A stretch of 64,000 nt of DNA from Candidatus Daviesbacteria bacterium. GTDB lineage: Bacteria > Patescibacteriota > Microgenomatia > Daviesbacterales > UBA10151. The first letter of the stretch is position 1. Every line of letters starts with the position of its first letter. Made by a program: the position numbers and the translations under genes. The stretch covers positions 1,824-65,823 of the forward strand of contig JACOXD010000003.1 in NCBI GenBank assembly GCA_016176465.1, written 5' to 3'. The notes beneath the pieces were generated by a model. It searched no databases and had not been told where the DNA came from. It worked only from the letters and a program-made list of their open reading frames with translations. Below are positions 1 through 9,227 of the stretch, piece after piece.

Positions 1-1293
1 CTCTTGTACTAATGAAGGAGCTTCTTTTAGCTGTTTTGGCCCTTTTACTCTTTTAATCCTATACCTTACCAACTCAACAGGAATTGCTCTTTTCCCAAAC
101 CATCCATTATGAGGATTTAAAACTTCTTCAACTTGCTCTTTAGTTACTTCTTTTCCTGCATCAGCTACTGTTACTGCTGGATGGTTTAAAATTGCCTCTT
201 CTGCTACTCTACTTGCCTGCTCAACGCTCACAAACTCACCTTTTCTACTAATTTCTTCCTTTATTAAAGGAATTGTTCCATCTTCCCCTTCTTTAACTAA
301 TCCACTTGTTTGGGCTCTATTACCAACTAAAACCGATGCAACTTTTCTGGCATCAATTTTTTCATCGCCTGCTGCCTGCCTTAAAACCTCTCCTCCTACA
401 TCTTTTATTCTTTGCTCAATTACCTGCCCATCTTCTACTAATTTTCTAACTTCTGCTTCTACTTGAACTCTATCTCCAGTTATTTCTTCTTTTTCTTTAT
501 TTCCCTCAGCAATAATAACTTCTTCCTCAACATCTTCTTCCAGCGCCAAAGCAGTTGCTTCCAAAGGTTTTACTGAAATTTTAGGAGCTGTTGATCCAGC
601 TGGTTGAGTTTCCACACCCACCTCATCTAAAGTTCCAACTTCTATACCTGCCTTGGCAAAAGCTTCTCTAACAACTTGTACTTGTCTGGCATTGGCTTGT
701 GCTTCAAGCGCTGCCACTGCCTGGGTAACTAATTCAACTTGAGCATTTCTTTGTGGAACTTCAACGCGAGTCGGTCTTTCCAAACTTACTATTTTTGGCT
801 CTACTTCTGCTTGTGGGTTTTCTACTAACTCCTCCACCTTTGCTACCAGCTCTTCTTTTTTACTTAAATGTTCTGGAAAAGTTTGAGCAACAATAAACTC
901 ATTTGGGTCAAACCCTCTAACAGATTTCTCTTCAACAATTGGTACAGGTATATAAAGAGTAGCAATTTTAGCACTCAAAGGGTTTTCTAAATTTAAAAAG
1001 TTTTCTACAGGAGCAATGTATCTTTCAAATTCTGAAATATTAAATACAGGTTTTGCATCAGATAAGAGAATGGTATTCCAAAGCTCACTTCTCCCAATTG
1101 GAGAATCAACACCTAAAGGAGATGGAAAATTCAAGGGATTTGCAAAAGTTTCCGCTTTAAAACCACCGGTTGGCGTTAATCCTGGGGTGTTTAAGGAAAT
1201 TGATGGAGATGCGACAAAACTCTCTCTTCCGCCTGCTATGGCGGCCGGAGCTGCCGCTACTTGACCTAATCCTGGGCTAATCTCTGCGCCCAT
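1..1293 (-). CDS. hypothetical protein, truncated by the window edge (Met at 1293; RBS aaggagg just upstream on the minus strand)
   Basis: Continuous minus-strand reading frame from 1293 to the window start, read by eye. Acidic, Val/Glu-rich product with no recognisable motif. Absent from the ORF track because no stop codon falls inside the window. Confidence 0.4.
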   Translation of the reverse strand, partial: MGAEISPGLGQVAAAPAAIAGGRESFVASPSISLNTPGLTPTGGFKAETFANPLNFPSPLGVDSPIGRSELWNTILLSDAKPVFNISEFERYIAPVENFLNLENPLSAKIATLYIPVPIVEEKSVRGFDPNEFIVAQTFPEHLSKKEELVAKVEELVENPQAEVEPKIVSLERPTRVEVPQRNAQVELVTQAVAALEAQANARQVQVVREAFAKAGIEVGTLDEVGVETQPAGSTAPKISVKPLEATALALEEDVEEEVIIAEGNKEKEEITGDRVQVEAEVRKLVEDGQVIEQRIKDVGGEVLRQAAGDEKIDARKVASVLVGNRAQTSGLVKEGEDGTIPLIKEEISRKGEFVSVEQASRVAEEAILNHPAVTVADAGKEVTKEQVEEVLNPHNGWFGKRAIPVELVRYRIKRVKGPKQLKEAPSLVQE

Positions 1294-1406
1294 TTTGGTT
1301 CCTCCTTTTGTAGCTAAATGCTACCATAAAATCCCGAAATAGCAAGCAAATACTTAAGTGTAATCGAAGTATTGACATTTAATTAAATAAAGCCAATAGT
1401 TAATAC

Positions 1407-2627
1407 ATGCGGGGTTTTGCCCATCTGGGTTTATTAATATTGCTTTTAATTGGGATTATAGCAGGAGTTTACTTGGTGACATCAGGCAATTTAAACTTTT
1501 TACCCATAGCCAAAAATGGAGAGATAAAGTTTGTTGATTACAATAATCCTAGCCAAGAGATAACCAGTACTTATATCCCTAGGGTAAAGGTGCGCTTAAG
1601 CGCTCCCTGGCCATTTAAAACAATTAGCTCCCCTATTAAAGATGTAACCACAGTTAAAATTACCCTTGCTGAGGATCCTAAATTTAGTAGAAATACAAAA
1701 TCTCTGGAATCACCATTTGATTTAACAAACAAAGGGCAACTAATTGTTGATTACTCCTTCAGCGAGGCGACTACAAGTACAAAAACTAATACCAAAAAAA
1801 CTAAAAAGGAAGAAAAGCCCAAAGGGGAGAAAAAAGTTTTATACGCCAAATTTGAGTCATCAAATAATAAAAGTAAAGTAAAAAATGCTACCATCAAGCT
1901 TTTGCCCGCTCCAGATAGTATTGCAAACCTCCTTTTAAGTACAACTGCGGCTGATTTATTACCTGATGAAGAATTTAGTGTTAACCTATTAGCAAGGTCG
2001 GACCAGGCTGAGGCTAATTTATTTGTAGCCAAATTAAATTTTAGCAAAGAATTTGCCGAGGTCACCTCCATAGAGACATCTGATTCATTTATCAGCCCTT
2101 CTTTTTTTACTGAGAAAAAATTTGATAACAGTGAGGGGACAATTTCTTTGGTAGGCGGAGTCCCAGCTCCAGGCTATAAAACCCAAGGGGAAGATAAAGT
2201 AATGGCAAAAATCAACTTTAAAGCTAAAAACAATGGTCTTTTTGACTTGCAATTTGCTAGTGATTCAGCAATCTATCGCAACTTAGACAATAAAAATATT
2301 TTGGATCTTAAAAACGGTATTAAAATCCCCATAGGTGGTGTAACAGTTTCTCCTTCCCCGCAATCCTCAGACACTGAATCCTCAACTAGCCCCACTCCTT
2401 CTTCCAGCCCTGGGGAAGGTGGCTCAACAGATGGCTCAACTAAGGGTGATGGCAATGGTGATGGAAAAATTGACTTGGAAGACTTATCTATTTTACTCAC
2501 CTATTTTGGATCAAGTGATTTGGATGAAAATATCATTAACTTGGATATAAATAATGATGGAAAAATAAATACCTTTGATTATTCAGGTTTGGTAGCTCTT
2601 CTCAAAAGTTCTGGGGTAATATCTTAA
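1407..2627 (+). CDS. secreted or membrane-anchored protein with a C-terminal type-I dockerin-like duplicated Ca-binding repeat
   Basis: N-terminal hydrophobic helix (LGLLILLLIGIIAGVYLV). Ser/Thr/Pro-rich linker. C-terminus DGNGDGKIDLEDLSILLTYF ... DINNDGKINTFDYSGLVALL matches the dockerin DxNxDGxIxxxD tandem loops. Confidence 0.6.
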   Translation: MRGFAHLGLLILLLIGIIAGVYLVTSGNLNFLPIAKNGEIKFVDYNNPSQEITSTYIPRVKVRLSAPWPFKTISSPIKDVTTVKITLAEDPKFSRNTKSLESPFDLTNKGQLIVDYSFSEATTSTKTNTKKTKKEEKPKGEKKVLYAKFESSNNKSKVKNATIKLLPAPDSIANLLLSTTAADLLPDEEFSVNLLARSDQAEANLFVAKLNFSKEFAEVTSIETSDSFISPSFFTEKKFDNSEGTISLVGGVPAPGYKTQGEDKVMAKINFKAKNNGLFDLQFASDSAIYRNLDNKNILDLKNGIKIPIGGVTVSPSPQSSDTESSTSPTPSSSPGEGGSTDGSTKGDGNGDGKIDLEDLSILLTYFGSSDLDENIINLDINNDGKINTFDYSGLVALLKSSGVIS

Positions 2628-3235
2628 TTATTTTTTTCTAACACCTCATATAGTACTATCCCCAAACTAACAATGACATTCAAGCTTTTATTTACTCCAA
2701 ACATAGGCAATTCTACTATTGCATCAGAGGCGTCTAGTACTTCTTTTGATACCCCTGTTGATTCATTTCCCACAACAAGACATACAGGTAATTTGTACTC
2801 AAATTTATCATAAAGAACTGATTTAGAGGTTTGTTCAACAGAAATTACTTGTAAATTTGAAATTTTAAGTTTTAAGTTTGAAATTGCCTCACTTGCCGAG
2901 GCACAATACTCCCAGTCTACCCACTCGGTTGTATTAATAGAAGCTTTTTTTATCCGATGATTAGGTGGGGTCTCTGTTGCCCCACAAAGGTAAATTTTTT
3001 TAGCTGCCACAGCATCAGCTAACCTAAAAATAGAGCCTATATTATAAGTGTCCAAAACATTGTCCAAAATAATATAGATATTTTGCTTTTTAAGTTTTTT
3101 ATTCATCCCTCGTAGCTTTAGCGAGGTGGGACCCTTTCTCAGTTGATCTGCGTTTAGCTTTAATTTCATTGCAAAATTATATATTTTTATAAATCTAAGC
3201 TCAACTTTCTTGACTAATAATCTTGATTGAGTCAC
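2624..3235 (-). CDS. SpoU/TrmH-family RNA 2'-O-methyltransferase
   Basis: Motifs LDNVLDTYNIGSIFRLADA, LVVGNESTGVS and LPMFGVNKSLNVIVSLGIVLYE are typical of SPOUT methyltransferases. Confidence 0.75.
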   Translation of the reverse strand: MTQSRLLVKKVELRFIKIYNFAMKLKLNADQLRKGPTSLKLRGMNKKLKKQNIYIILDNVLDTYNIGSIFRLADAVAAKKIYLCGATETPPNHRIKKASINTTEWVDWEYCASASEAISNLKLKISNLQVISVEQTSKSVLYDKFEYKLPVCLVVGNESTGVSKEVLDASDAIVELPMFGVNKSLNVIVSLGIVLYEVLEKNN

Positions 3236-5961
3236 AATTAAAATTAATGAGTGCTGCCCGACTATTATCCACTGTTGTGACCTTGGTTTTATTTTTCTTT
3301 TTTCTTCCTAAGCTTTCTCACGCTGAAACAATTAGCTCGTATAATGGTTCACAAGAGCATATATATTCCTTAGCTGAATATAATGGTAAGCTATATGCTG
3401 GGCAAGGTGCTGGCGGAGGTGATGGAGATATTTATGTTTGTACTTCTGGTATTAATTTAACGTGTGATCCATCAGATTGGGCTATCTCTTACAATGGAAC
3501 CCAGGAAGCAATTTATGATTTAGTAGTTTTTAATGGCAAACTTTATGCCGGACAAGGAGATAGTACTGGTGATGGAGATGTTTTAGTTTTTGATGGTACT
3601 TCCTGGACTACATCCTTTAATGGCTCTCAAGAAAGAATTTATAGCCTAGTTGTATTTAATAATAAGTTATATGCGGGTCAAGGAAGTGGTGGTGGAGATG
3701 GAGATATCTTTGTTTGTAACCCCGCAACCTCTAGTAACTCTACAAGTTGTGAAGCTGGAGATTGGACAAAAAGTTATGAGGGTGGCCAAAATGACATCCT
3801 CTCTCTGGCAGTATTTAACAATAAACTCTATGCTGGTCAAGGAAGTGGTGGCGGAGATGGAGATGTTTTAGTTTTTGATGGTACTTCCTGGACTACCTCA
3901 TATAATGGTGCACAAGAAACAATTAGATCTTTGGGTGTATTTAGTGGCAAACTTTATGCGGGAGTAGGACTTAACGGTGGAGATGGGGATATTCTAAAAT
4001 TTGATGGTACTTCCTGGAGTACTTCTTATGATGGAGGCAATGAGGAGATTCGTTCCTTTGCGGTTTATAACAATAGATTGTACGCAGGACAAGGAGTCAG
4101 TGGTAATGATGCAATTGTATTGGTTTGTAATCCAGGAGGAACTACCTGTGATCCAGGAGATTGGTCCCAGTATGAAAATTATCCAGAGGAAACGATTGAT
4201 GATCTTATAGTGTTTAATGATAAACTTTACGGTGGTCAAGGAAAAGATACTAATAACGGAGATATTTTTATTGTCGCCCAAGCTCCGGGCGCCTTTACCC
4301 TAGAACAACCCACCGCTATATGTAAAATACCTCCTCCAGTAATCTGGTCAACTTCCTTTGATAGTAGTCACAACGAGGTTAATAACCCCACAGCTTTCAA
4401 CAATAAATTATATGTTGGAGAGGGCACTGGCAATAATGAAGGAGACATATGGGCTTGTAACCCAGGGACAAATGGGCTTTGTGATCAACAGTCAGAGTGG
4501 ACTAAATCCTATGACGGACCTGACTCTAAAGACTCTATTGAAGCTATAGAAGTTTTGAAAGACAGATTATACGCAGGTGAAGGCAGCCAAGAAGGCGACG
4601 GTGATACCCAACTATTGAACTCTAGTGGAACATCTTGGAGTAAAGTCCATGATCCAGGATCACCAGATCAGATGCGAGCTTTTGTTGAGTATAAAGGCAA
4701 GTTGTACTCTGGTACAGGAGGTGGAGATGATGAAGGAGATTTATATGTTTGTACACCAGCTGCAGATGGATCCTGTACTTCTTGGAGTAAAACCAAGGAT
4801 TTTGGAAGCGGTATTAGAAAAGTGGAATCACTTCTGGCATACAACGAATATCTATATGTTGGACTTGGTAATCAAGGAGGAGATTCAGATGTTCAAAGAT
4901 TTGATGGGACAACCTGGACTAAAGTTTATGATGGAAGTGTTCAAAGAGTAAAATCACTGATTGAGTATAATGGCATACTTTATTTAGGACTCGAAGGTGG
5001 GGCTAATGAAGGAGATATTATGGCTTGTAATCCAGGACCAAATGGAGCTTGTGACTCTGGGGAGTGGAATATTACTGCGTTTGACGGGAACAATAGTTCA
5101 GTTGATGCTATGACTATATTCGAGAATAAGCTTTATATTGTTGAAGGTACAAATGTCCGCTATTGTACACTGGATGCAGATGGCATTTGTAATACTGATG
5201 ATTGGATAAATATTGACAACTTTCCAGGAGACAATGGTCGAGGTATTGAAGTATTCCAGGATAATCTTTATGTAGCAGGTGGAGACAAGTTGTATTTAGG
5301 TACCCCAAATCCTCAAACCAACCCTTATCCTAGTATAACCCTTGATTGGAGTGCCTCTTTGGGCCTTGATACCAATTCTAGACCCGCCAGTGATTATTAT
5401 GAAGTTTACCGCTCAACTAATGGTATTGACTATAGCTTTGTTGCCTCAACCGGTGCTACCTCCTATGTTGATGAAAATAGTTTACTTCCTAACACTTTAT
5501 ATTATTACTATATCAGAGCAGTCAACCAAATTGGTTCAATTAACTCAAACTCGATCTCTATTCTCAGTACTAATTGTGATACTATTCCACCTTCAGGCTC
5601 TATCAGTTTAGTTGATGAGGAGTGTTATACAAAAGTTACTTTTCCTAATCCTTTAAAAATATACGCGCAAGACGACTACAAAGTAACTGAGGTTACTTAT
5701 AATTTGAGGGGTCCGATAGACCAAAACGGATCTGCAAGTTTAGGTGAGGGTAGCGCTCAAGCAGGCTATTGGTATATTCCAAACCTTGTTAATAATTTAA
5801 TCAATGGTTATTATAGATTGCAAGCGCACATAAAAGACATTGGCGGGAATACTTCTGGAACCCAACCTAGGAATTTCACAATTGCTGATAAGTGTAAGAT
5901 TCCTTTTTTAGAAACCACAGGCGGGAATATTCATTCAAATGAGTCAATAGATTTGCCTTAG
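3223..5961 (+). CDS. large secreted repeat protein: about 15 tandem ~47-aa repeats (beta-propeller-like) followed by FN3-like and Ig-like C-terminal modules
   Basis: Signal/TM segment (LLSTVVTLVLFFFFLP). Repeat unit roughly YNG.QE.IYSL.VFN.KLYAGQG.GGGDGDI.V. The C-terminal ~130 aa are paralogous to the end of CDS 6510..7808 and finish with PFLETTGGNIHSNESIDLP at the stop. Confidence 0.7.
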   Translation: MIESQLKLMSAARLLSTVVTLVLFFFFLPKLSHAETISSYNGSQEHIYSLAEYNGKLYAGQGAGGGDGDIYVCTSGINLTCDPSDWAISYNGTQEAIYDLVVFNGKLYAGQGDSTGDGDVLVFDGTSWTTSFNGSQERIYSLVVFNNKLYAGQGSGGGDGDIFVCNPATSSNSTSCEAGDWTKSYEGGQNDILSLAVFNNKLYAGQGSGGGDGDVLVFDGTSWTTSYNGAQETIRSLGVFSGKLYAGVGLNGGDGDILKFDGTSWSTSYDGGNEEIRSFAVYNNRLYAGQGVSGNDAIVLVCNPGGTTCDPGDWSQYENYPEETIDDLIVFNDKLYGGQGKDTNNGDIFIVAQAPGAFTLEQPTAICKIPPPVIWSTSFDSSHNEVNNPTAFNNKLYVGEGTGNNEGDIWACNPGTNGLCDQQSEWTKSYDGPDSKDSIEAIEVLKDRLYAGEGSQEGDGDTQLLNSSGTSWSKVHDPGSPDQMRAFVEYKGKLYSGTGGGDDEGDLYVCTPAADGSCTSWSKTKDFGSGIRKVESLLAYNEYLYVGLGNQGGDSDVQRFDGTTWTKVYDGSVQRVKSLIEYNGILYLGLEGGANEGDIMACNPGPNGACDSGEWNITAFDGNNSSVDAMTIFENKLYIVEGTNVRYCTLDADGICNTDDWINIDNFPGDNGRGIEVFQDNLYVAGGDKLYLGTPNPQTNPYPSITLDWSASLGLDTNSRPASDYYEVYRSTNGIDYSFVASTGATSYVDENSLLPNTLYYYYIRAVNQIGSINSNSISILSTNCDTIPPSGSISLVDEECYTKVTFPNPLKIYAQDDYKVTEVTYNLRGPIDQNGSASLGEGSAQAGYWYIPNLVNNLINGYYRLQAHIKDIGGNTSGTQPRNFTIADKCKIPFLETTGGNIHSNESIDLP

Positions 5962-6010
5962 TCCTGAGCGTACCTGTACTGAGTGAAGTCGAAGTAGTCG
6001 AAGGATTGAC
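5959..6010. repeat. intergenic, degenerate copy of the short palindromic repeat family (tcctgagcg...cgaaggattgac)
   Basis: GC-rich island directly after the stop at 5961. It shares ctgagcg, gtgaagtcgaag and cgaaggat with the intragenic copies in TatD, PolA and SucC. Confidence 0.4.
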
Positions 6011-6041
6011 AAGAAGGCTGAGTTGAGCAACAATTAAAGTA

Positions 6042-6506
6042 ATGGAACAAACTGCCCCAGTAAAATCTAATTCCAACCTAGGATGGATTGTTGGTATTGT
6101 CCTTACCCTCGCAGCTTTGGCTTTAGGTTTTTTTATGGGAAGAGGATTACTAGCAACTAATCCAGGAAGCATTAATAACCAGGCTTCAGGCAGTGCCACC
6201 ATGGTGAAAACCTCACCTTTATTTAAAGCCCAAACAGCAACTATCCAGGGAAAAATAACTAAAATTGACGGATCAACCATCACTGTAACCTCCCAAGATA
6301 ACCAGGCTGAAACTTTTCCTCTTGATAGCAATTTTACTATTTATAAACATACCTCAGGTACATCTTTTGCAGCAGCCTTACCCGGCTCTGATAAGCAGAT
6401 TGAACTAAATAAAGATTCAATAATTGTTTTAAACGTCAAAGATGGTGATTATAAAGTCTCCTCTATCTCATATCTTTCTCCCCCACCAAAACCGCCGGGG
6501 AGGTAA
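6042..6506 (+). CDS. membrane-anchored hypothetical protein
   Basis: N-terminal TM helix (LGWIVGIVLTLAALALGFFMG) and a Pro-rich C-terminus (PPPKPPGR). Lies in the plus-strand secreted-protein gene string. Confidence 0.5.
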   Translation: MEQTAPVKSNSNLGWIVGIVLTLAALALGFFMGRGLLATNPGSINNQASGSATMVKTSPLFKAQTATIQGKITKIDGSTITVTSQDNQAETFPLDSNFTIYKHTSGTSFAAALPGSDKQIELNKDSIIVLNVKDGDYKVSSISYLSPPPKPPGR

Positions 6507-6509
6507 AAA

Positions 6510-7808
6510 GTGAAATTTTTTTGGGCAATTTTTTTATCCTCATTTTTATTTTCGGGATACCTTTTTTTAACACCATTAAAAGTAAATGCAGACTTTAAAG
6601 GGGAAGGATGTACTATTAAACTTACTGACCCTGGAACAAATAGAGAACCAACCTCTTTGGTAATTGGCAAAACTTATGATTTGGAATCTAGCTTAATTGG
6701 CAGCTGGCAACAGGGCTGCTCTGATTGTGGGAATAGCCATAGTATTAGCTTTAGGGAAGTCAGCGAAAGCTATAATGGAATCTACAGTGATGGTGCGCCT
6801 AGATTACCTGTGCCTGGGACTTCGAAAAAAGCGAAGGGGGATTATATCTCACATGGGCAGTGGGACCCTAGTATAATTGTAAATGGACAGTGTAGAGCAG
6901 GAGGAAAAAGAGCTAGTGGTAAGCGTAATCATGAAGCATGTATTGTCTTTAAGAGTTTTAGTCCAGGAAAAGCTCCTCTTGCTCCAGGCGGCAATGGCAA
7001 AAATGGACCCTGGAGAATTAAATTTACCCCCACAGAAGAAGGGACAACAGCTTTTAATGTCAGAATGTCCAATAACATTAATAACTACTCTGGCGGAGCG
7101 AAATGTTTACGAACAACCCGGGTCTTTAATATCATTGGCCAAAATCTTAGTATAAGATCTAATACTAGCTGTAACTTGGGAACTCCTATTGTTAATTTAA
7201 GCTGGGATGCTAACTCTGGAACTGATCCTCAAAACAGACCAGATTCGGATTACTACGAAGTTTATCGCTTGAGTGGCAATAACTATAGTTTATTGGGTAA
7301 TACCCCAAATTTAAATTACCAGGACCGCTCAAATTTAAACCAAAATTCATCTTATAATTACTACATTCGTGCTGTCAATCCAAATGTCTCTACTAATTAT
7401 CCTGCAATGTCAATCAGAACTCCAAATTGCAGCTCCCCTACTATTGTATCAGTGGAGTTAACCAATAAATGTTATAACCGCTCTACATTTCCTAACCCTT
7501 TAAGGATTTATGCCCAAAACGCCTCAGGCATCAATCGAGTAACTTATGAGCTAATTGGAGACCAAAATGCATCCGGTAGCGCCTCATTAAGAGAAGGAAC
7601 TGCAGAGTCAGGTTATTGGCACACTCCCTTTAACTTAAGCAACCTAACTTTTGGGGAATACCAAATATCTGCGCAGGCTAGTGATAATACAGGGGGCTTA
7701 ACTTCCTCAGCGCCCATTGATTTTAGCTTTGCCCAAAGCTGTGAGCAACCCTTCTTGGAAACAACAGGTGGAAATGTTCACTCAAATAGAGAGATTAATC
7801 TACCTTAA
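6510..7808 (+). CDS. secreted protein, paralog of the C-terminal FN3/Ig module of CDS 3223..5961
   Basis: Signal peptide (FFWAIFLSSFLFSGYLFL). C-terminus (SDYYEVYR ... YYIRAVN ... FPNPLRIYAQ ... PFLETTGGNVHSNREINLP) aligns along its full length with the end of the 912-aa protein. Confidence 0.7.
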   Translation: MKFFWAIFLSSFLFSGYLFLTPLKVNADFKGEGCTIKLTDPGTNREPTSLVIGKTYDLESSLIGSWQQGCSDCGNSHSISFREVSESYNGIYSDGAPRLPVPGTSKKAKGDYISHGQWDPSIIVNGQCRAGGKRASGKRNHEACIVFKSFSPGKAPLAPGGNGKNGPWRIKFTPTEEGTTAFNVRMSNNINNYSGGAKCLRTTRVFNIIGQNLSIRSNTSCNLGTPIVNLSWDANSGTDPQNRPDSDYYEVYRLSGNNYSLLGNTPNLNYQDRSNLNQNSSYNYYIRAVNPNVSTNYPAMSIRTPNCSSPTIVSVELTNKCYNRSTFPNPLRIYAQNASGINRVTYELIGDQNASGSASLREGTAESGYWHTPFNLSNLTFGEYQISAQASDNTGGLTSSAPIDFSFAQSCEQPFLETTGGNVHSNREINLP

Positions 7809-8659
7809 TGAATTTAATTACTGTTAAAAAATTTTTAATTACTTTTCTTTTGTTTCTTGAAACAGCTATTTTATTTTTCATGGTTTATTATAGTCAAGTT
7901 TTTGCCCAAAGTTCGGGCAATTGCCTAAAAGATAATATTGGAGCGAGGGTTGATGGTTTGGTCTCTACCCCCAATTTAGTAAGCGATTTAAAAACAAAAA
8001 CTGGTGAATGTATCATTGACAATGCTGCTATCTCTCCATTACAAGAAGCCAGGATAACCAAAATCAAATCTTATGCTGATTTAAAATCTATCTTTTATGA
8101 TCAGGCAAAAACCACATCATTTGTAGAAAAACACCCCCCATTAGTTGGAAACAAAACTCATTCTGATTTAGATTTAGGAGCACTTGGCGGAAAAGATCAC
8201 CTCTATTTAATTCAAGGAGATCTCTCAATAACTGGAAATATTTCTGGAAGCTCAACTGGAATCATATTTGTTGATGGAAACTTAACTATTGGGGATCCAA
8301 CTTTGCCAAGTTATAAATTGCAGTATGGAAATGATGCATCTGGTTTGGTCTTTGTTGTGGGTAAAGATATAAGAATAGATAAGCTTGTCTCACAAATTGA
8401 CGGGGTGATGATCTCCTCAGGAACTATTTGCACTGCTTGGGATAATGGGGTCTGTCCCCAAGGGGATGTGTTGGTTAATGAAGCACTAGTAATTTATGGT
8501 AGCTTAATCTCCTTAGATGAAAGTAAACCTATTAAGTTTAAAAGAACTTTAACAATAAATACAGATGCATCTGAAATAATTAAGACTCAATTTAAATATT
8601 TGGTAATTTTAAAAAACTCTTTTTCTCAGGATTTATTAATTTCTACAGAGATAAATTAA
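7808..8659 (+). CDS. secreted hypothetical protein (possible beta-helix repeats)
   Basis: N-terminal TM/signal segment. Start overlaps the upstream stop (TAATG). Gly/Ser-rich repetitive strands (GNISGSSTGIIFVDGNLTIGD). Confidence 0.5.
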   Translation: MNLITVKKFLITFLLFLETAILFFMVYYSQVFAQSSGNCLKDNIGARVDGLVSTPNLVSDLKTKTGECIIDNAAISPLQEARITKIKSYADLKSIFYDQAKTTSFVEKHPPLVGNKTHSDLDLGALGGKDHLYLIQGDLSITGNISGSSTGIIFVDGNLTIGDPTLPSYKLQYGNDASGLVFVVGKDIRIDKLVSQIDGVMISSGTICTAWDNGVCPQGDVLVNEALVIYGSLISLDESKPIKFKRTLTINTDASEIIKTQFKYLVILKNSFSQDLLISTEIN

Positions 8660-8664
8660 ATTTA

Positions 8665-9210
8665 TCACTTTCCAAAATTCCTTATTTGCTGCTGATACCA
8701 AACAATCGCTTTTTTTAATTCAATCTTATTAAAATCAGGCCATAAAACTTTAGTGAAATTTTTTACTGCTCGCAATATCTCTGATCTGCCACCATATGAT
8801 AGAGCTAAATTAACTGTAATTGTCTTATTATTAGATGTAGCCTGAATAGTTTCTTTTAAAATTTCCTGAATATCTTGTGGAAAGCGCTCAATCTCGCCAA
8901 TTACAAGTAACCTCACCCCATTTTTTTGCAAATCAGATAATACTCTTTTGCCATGTCGGCGCAGGATATTAAAAATAGCCTCTTTCTCCTCATCTGATCG
9001 GTTCCAATTCTCCGTTGAAAATGCCCAAAAAGTTAAAAATTTTACTCCTAATTTAGCAGCCTCCCTAATGACTGGTTTTAGTTGCCTCCTACCAAATTCA
9101 TGCCCCATAAATGATGGCATTAATCTTTTTTTGGCCCATCTTCTATTACCATCCATAATAATTGCAATATGGGAGGGAATATTATTAGGATCAAGCTTTA
9201 AATTAGACAT
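8665..9210 (-). CDS. uppS: undecaprenyl-diphosphate synthase (cis-isoprenyl transferase), short form
   Basis: Signature motifs HIAIIMDGNRRWAKK, FLTFWAFSTENWNR and the RR-x-G region. At 181 aa it is shorter than the canonical ~250 aa. Confidence 0.75.
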   Translation of the reverse strand: MSNLKLDPNNIPSHIAIIMDGNRRWAKKRLMPSFMGHEFGRRQLKPVIREAAKLGVKFLTFWAFSTENWNRSDEEKEAIFNILRRHGKRVLSDLQKNGVRLLVIGEIERFPQDIQEILKETIQATSNNKTITVNLALSYGGRSEILRAVKNFTKVLWPDFNKIELKKAIVWYQQQIRNFGK

Positions 9211-9227
9211 AAGAGAATTTTACACTT

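Noticed and set aside
1016-1264. 82-aa plus-strand ORF from the track
   Set aside because: It lies entirely inside the longer minus-strand reading frame that runs from 1293 to the window edge and has an RBS, so it is treated as a spurious antisense ORF.
1751-2071. Various short antisense ORFs inside long genes (1751-2071, 2273-2500, 3650-3871, 3994-4281, 19517-20031, 24856-25143, 27469-27939, 30624-31217, 34365-34681, 48771-49149, 50558-51018, 51958-52299, 52606-52967 and others)
   Set aside because: Each overlaps a longer ORF carrying clear protein motifs. Several arise from low-complexity or repeat DNA on the opposite strand, and none has an independent signal.
5876-6331. 151-aa minus-strand ORF overlapping the 6042..6506 plus ORF
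   Set aside because: The plus-strand ORF has a clean TM helix, fits the plus-strand operon and follows an intergenic repeat. The minus ORF has no motif and conflicts with the upstream gene end.
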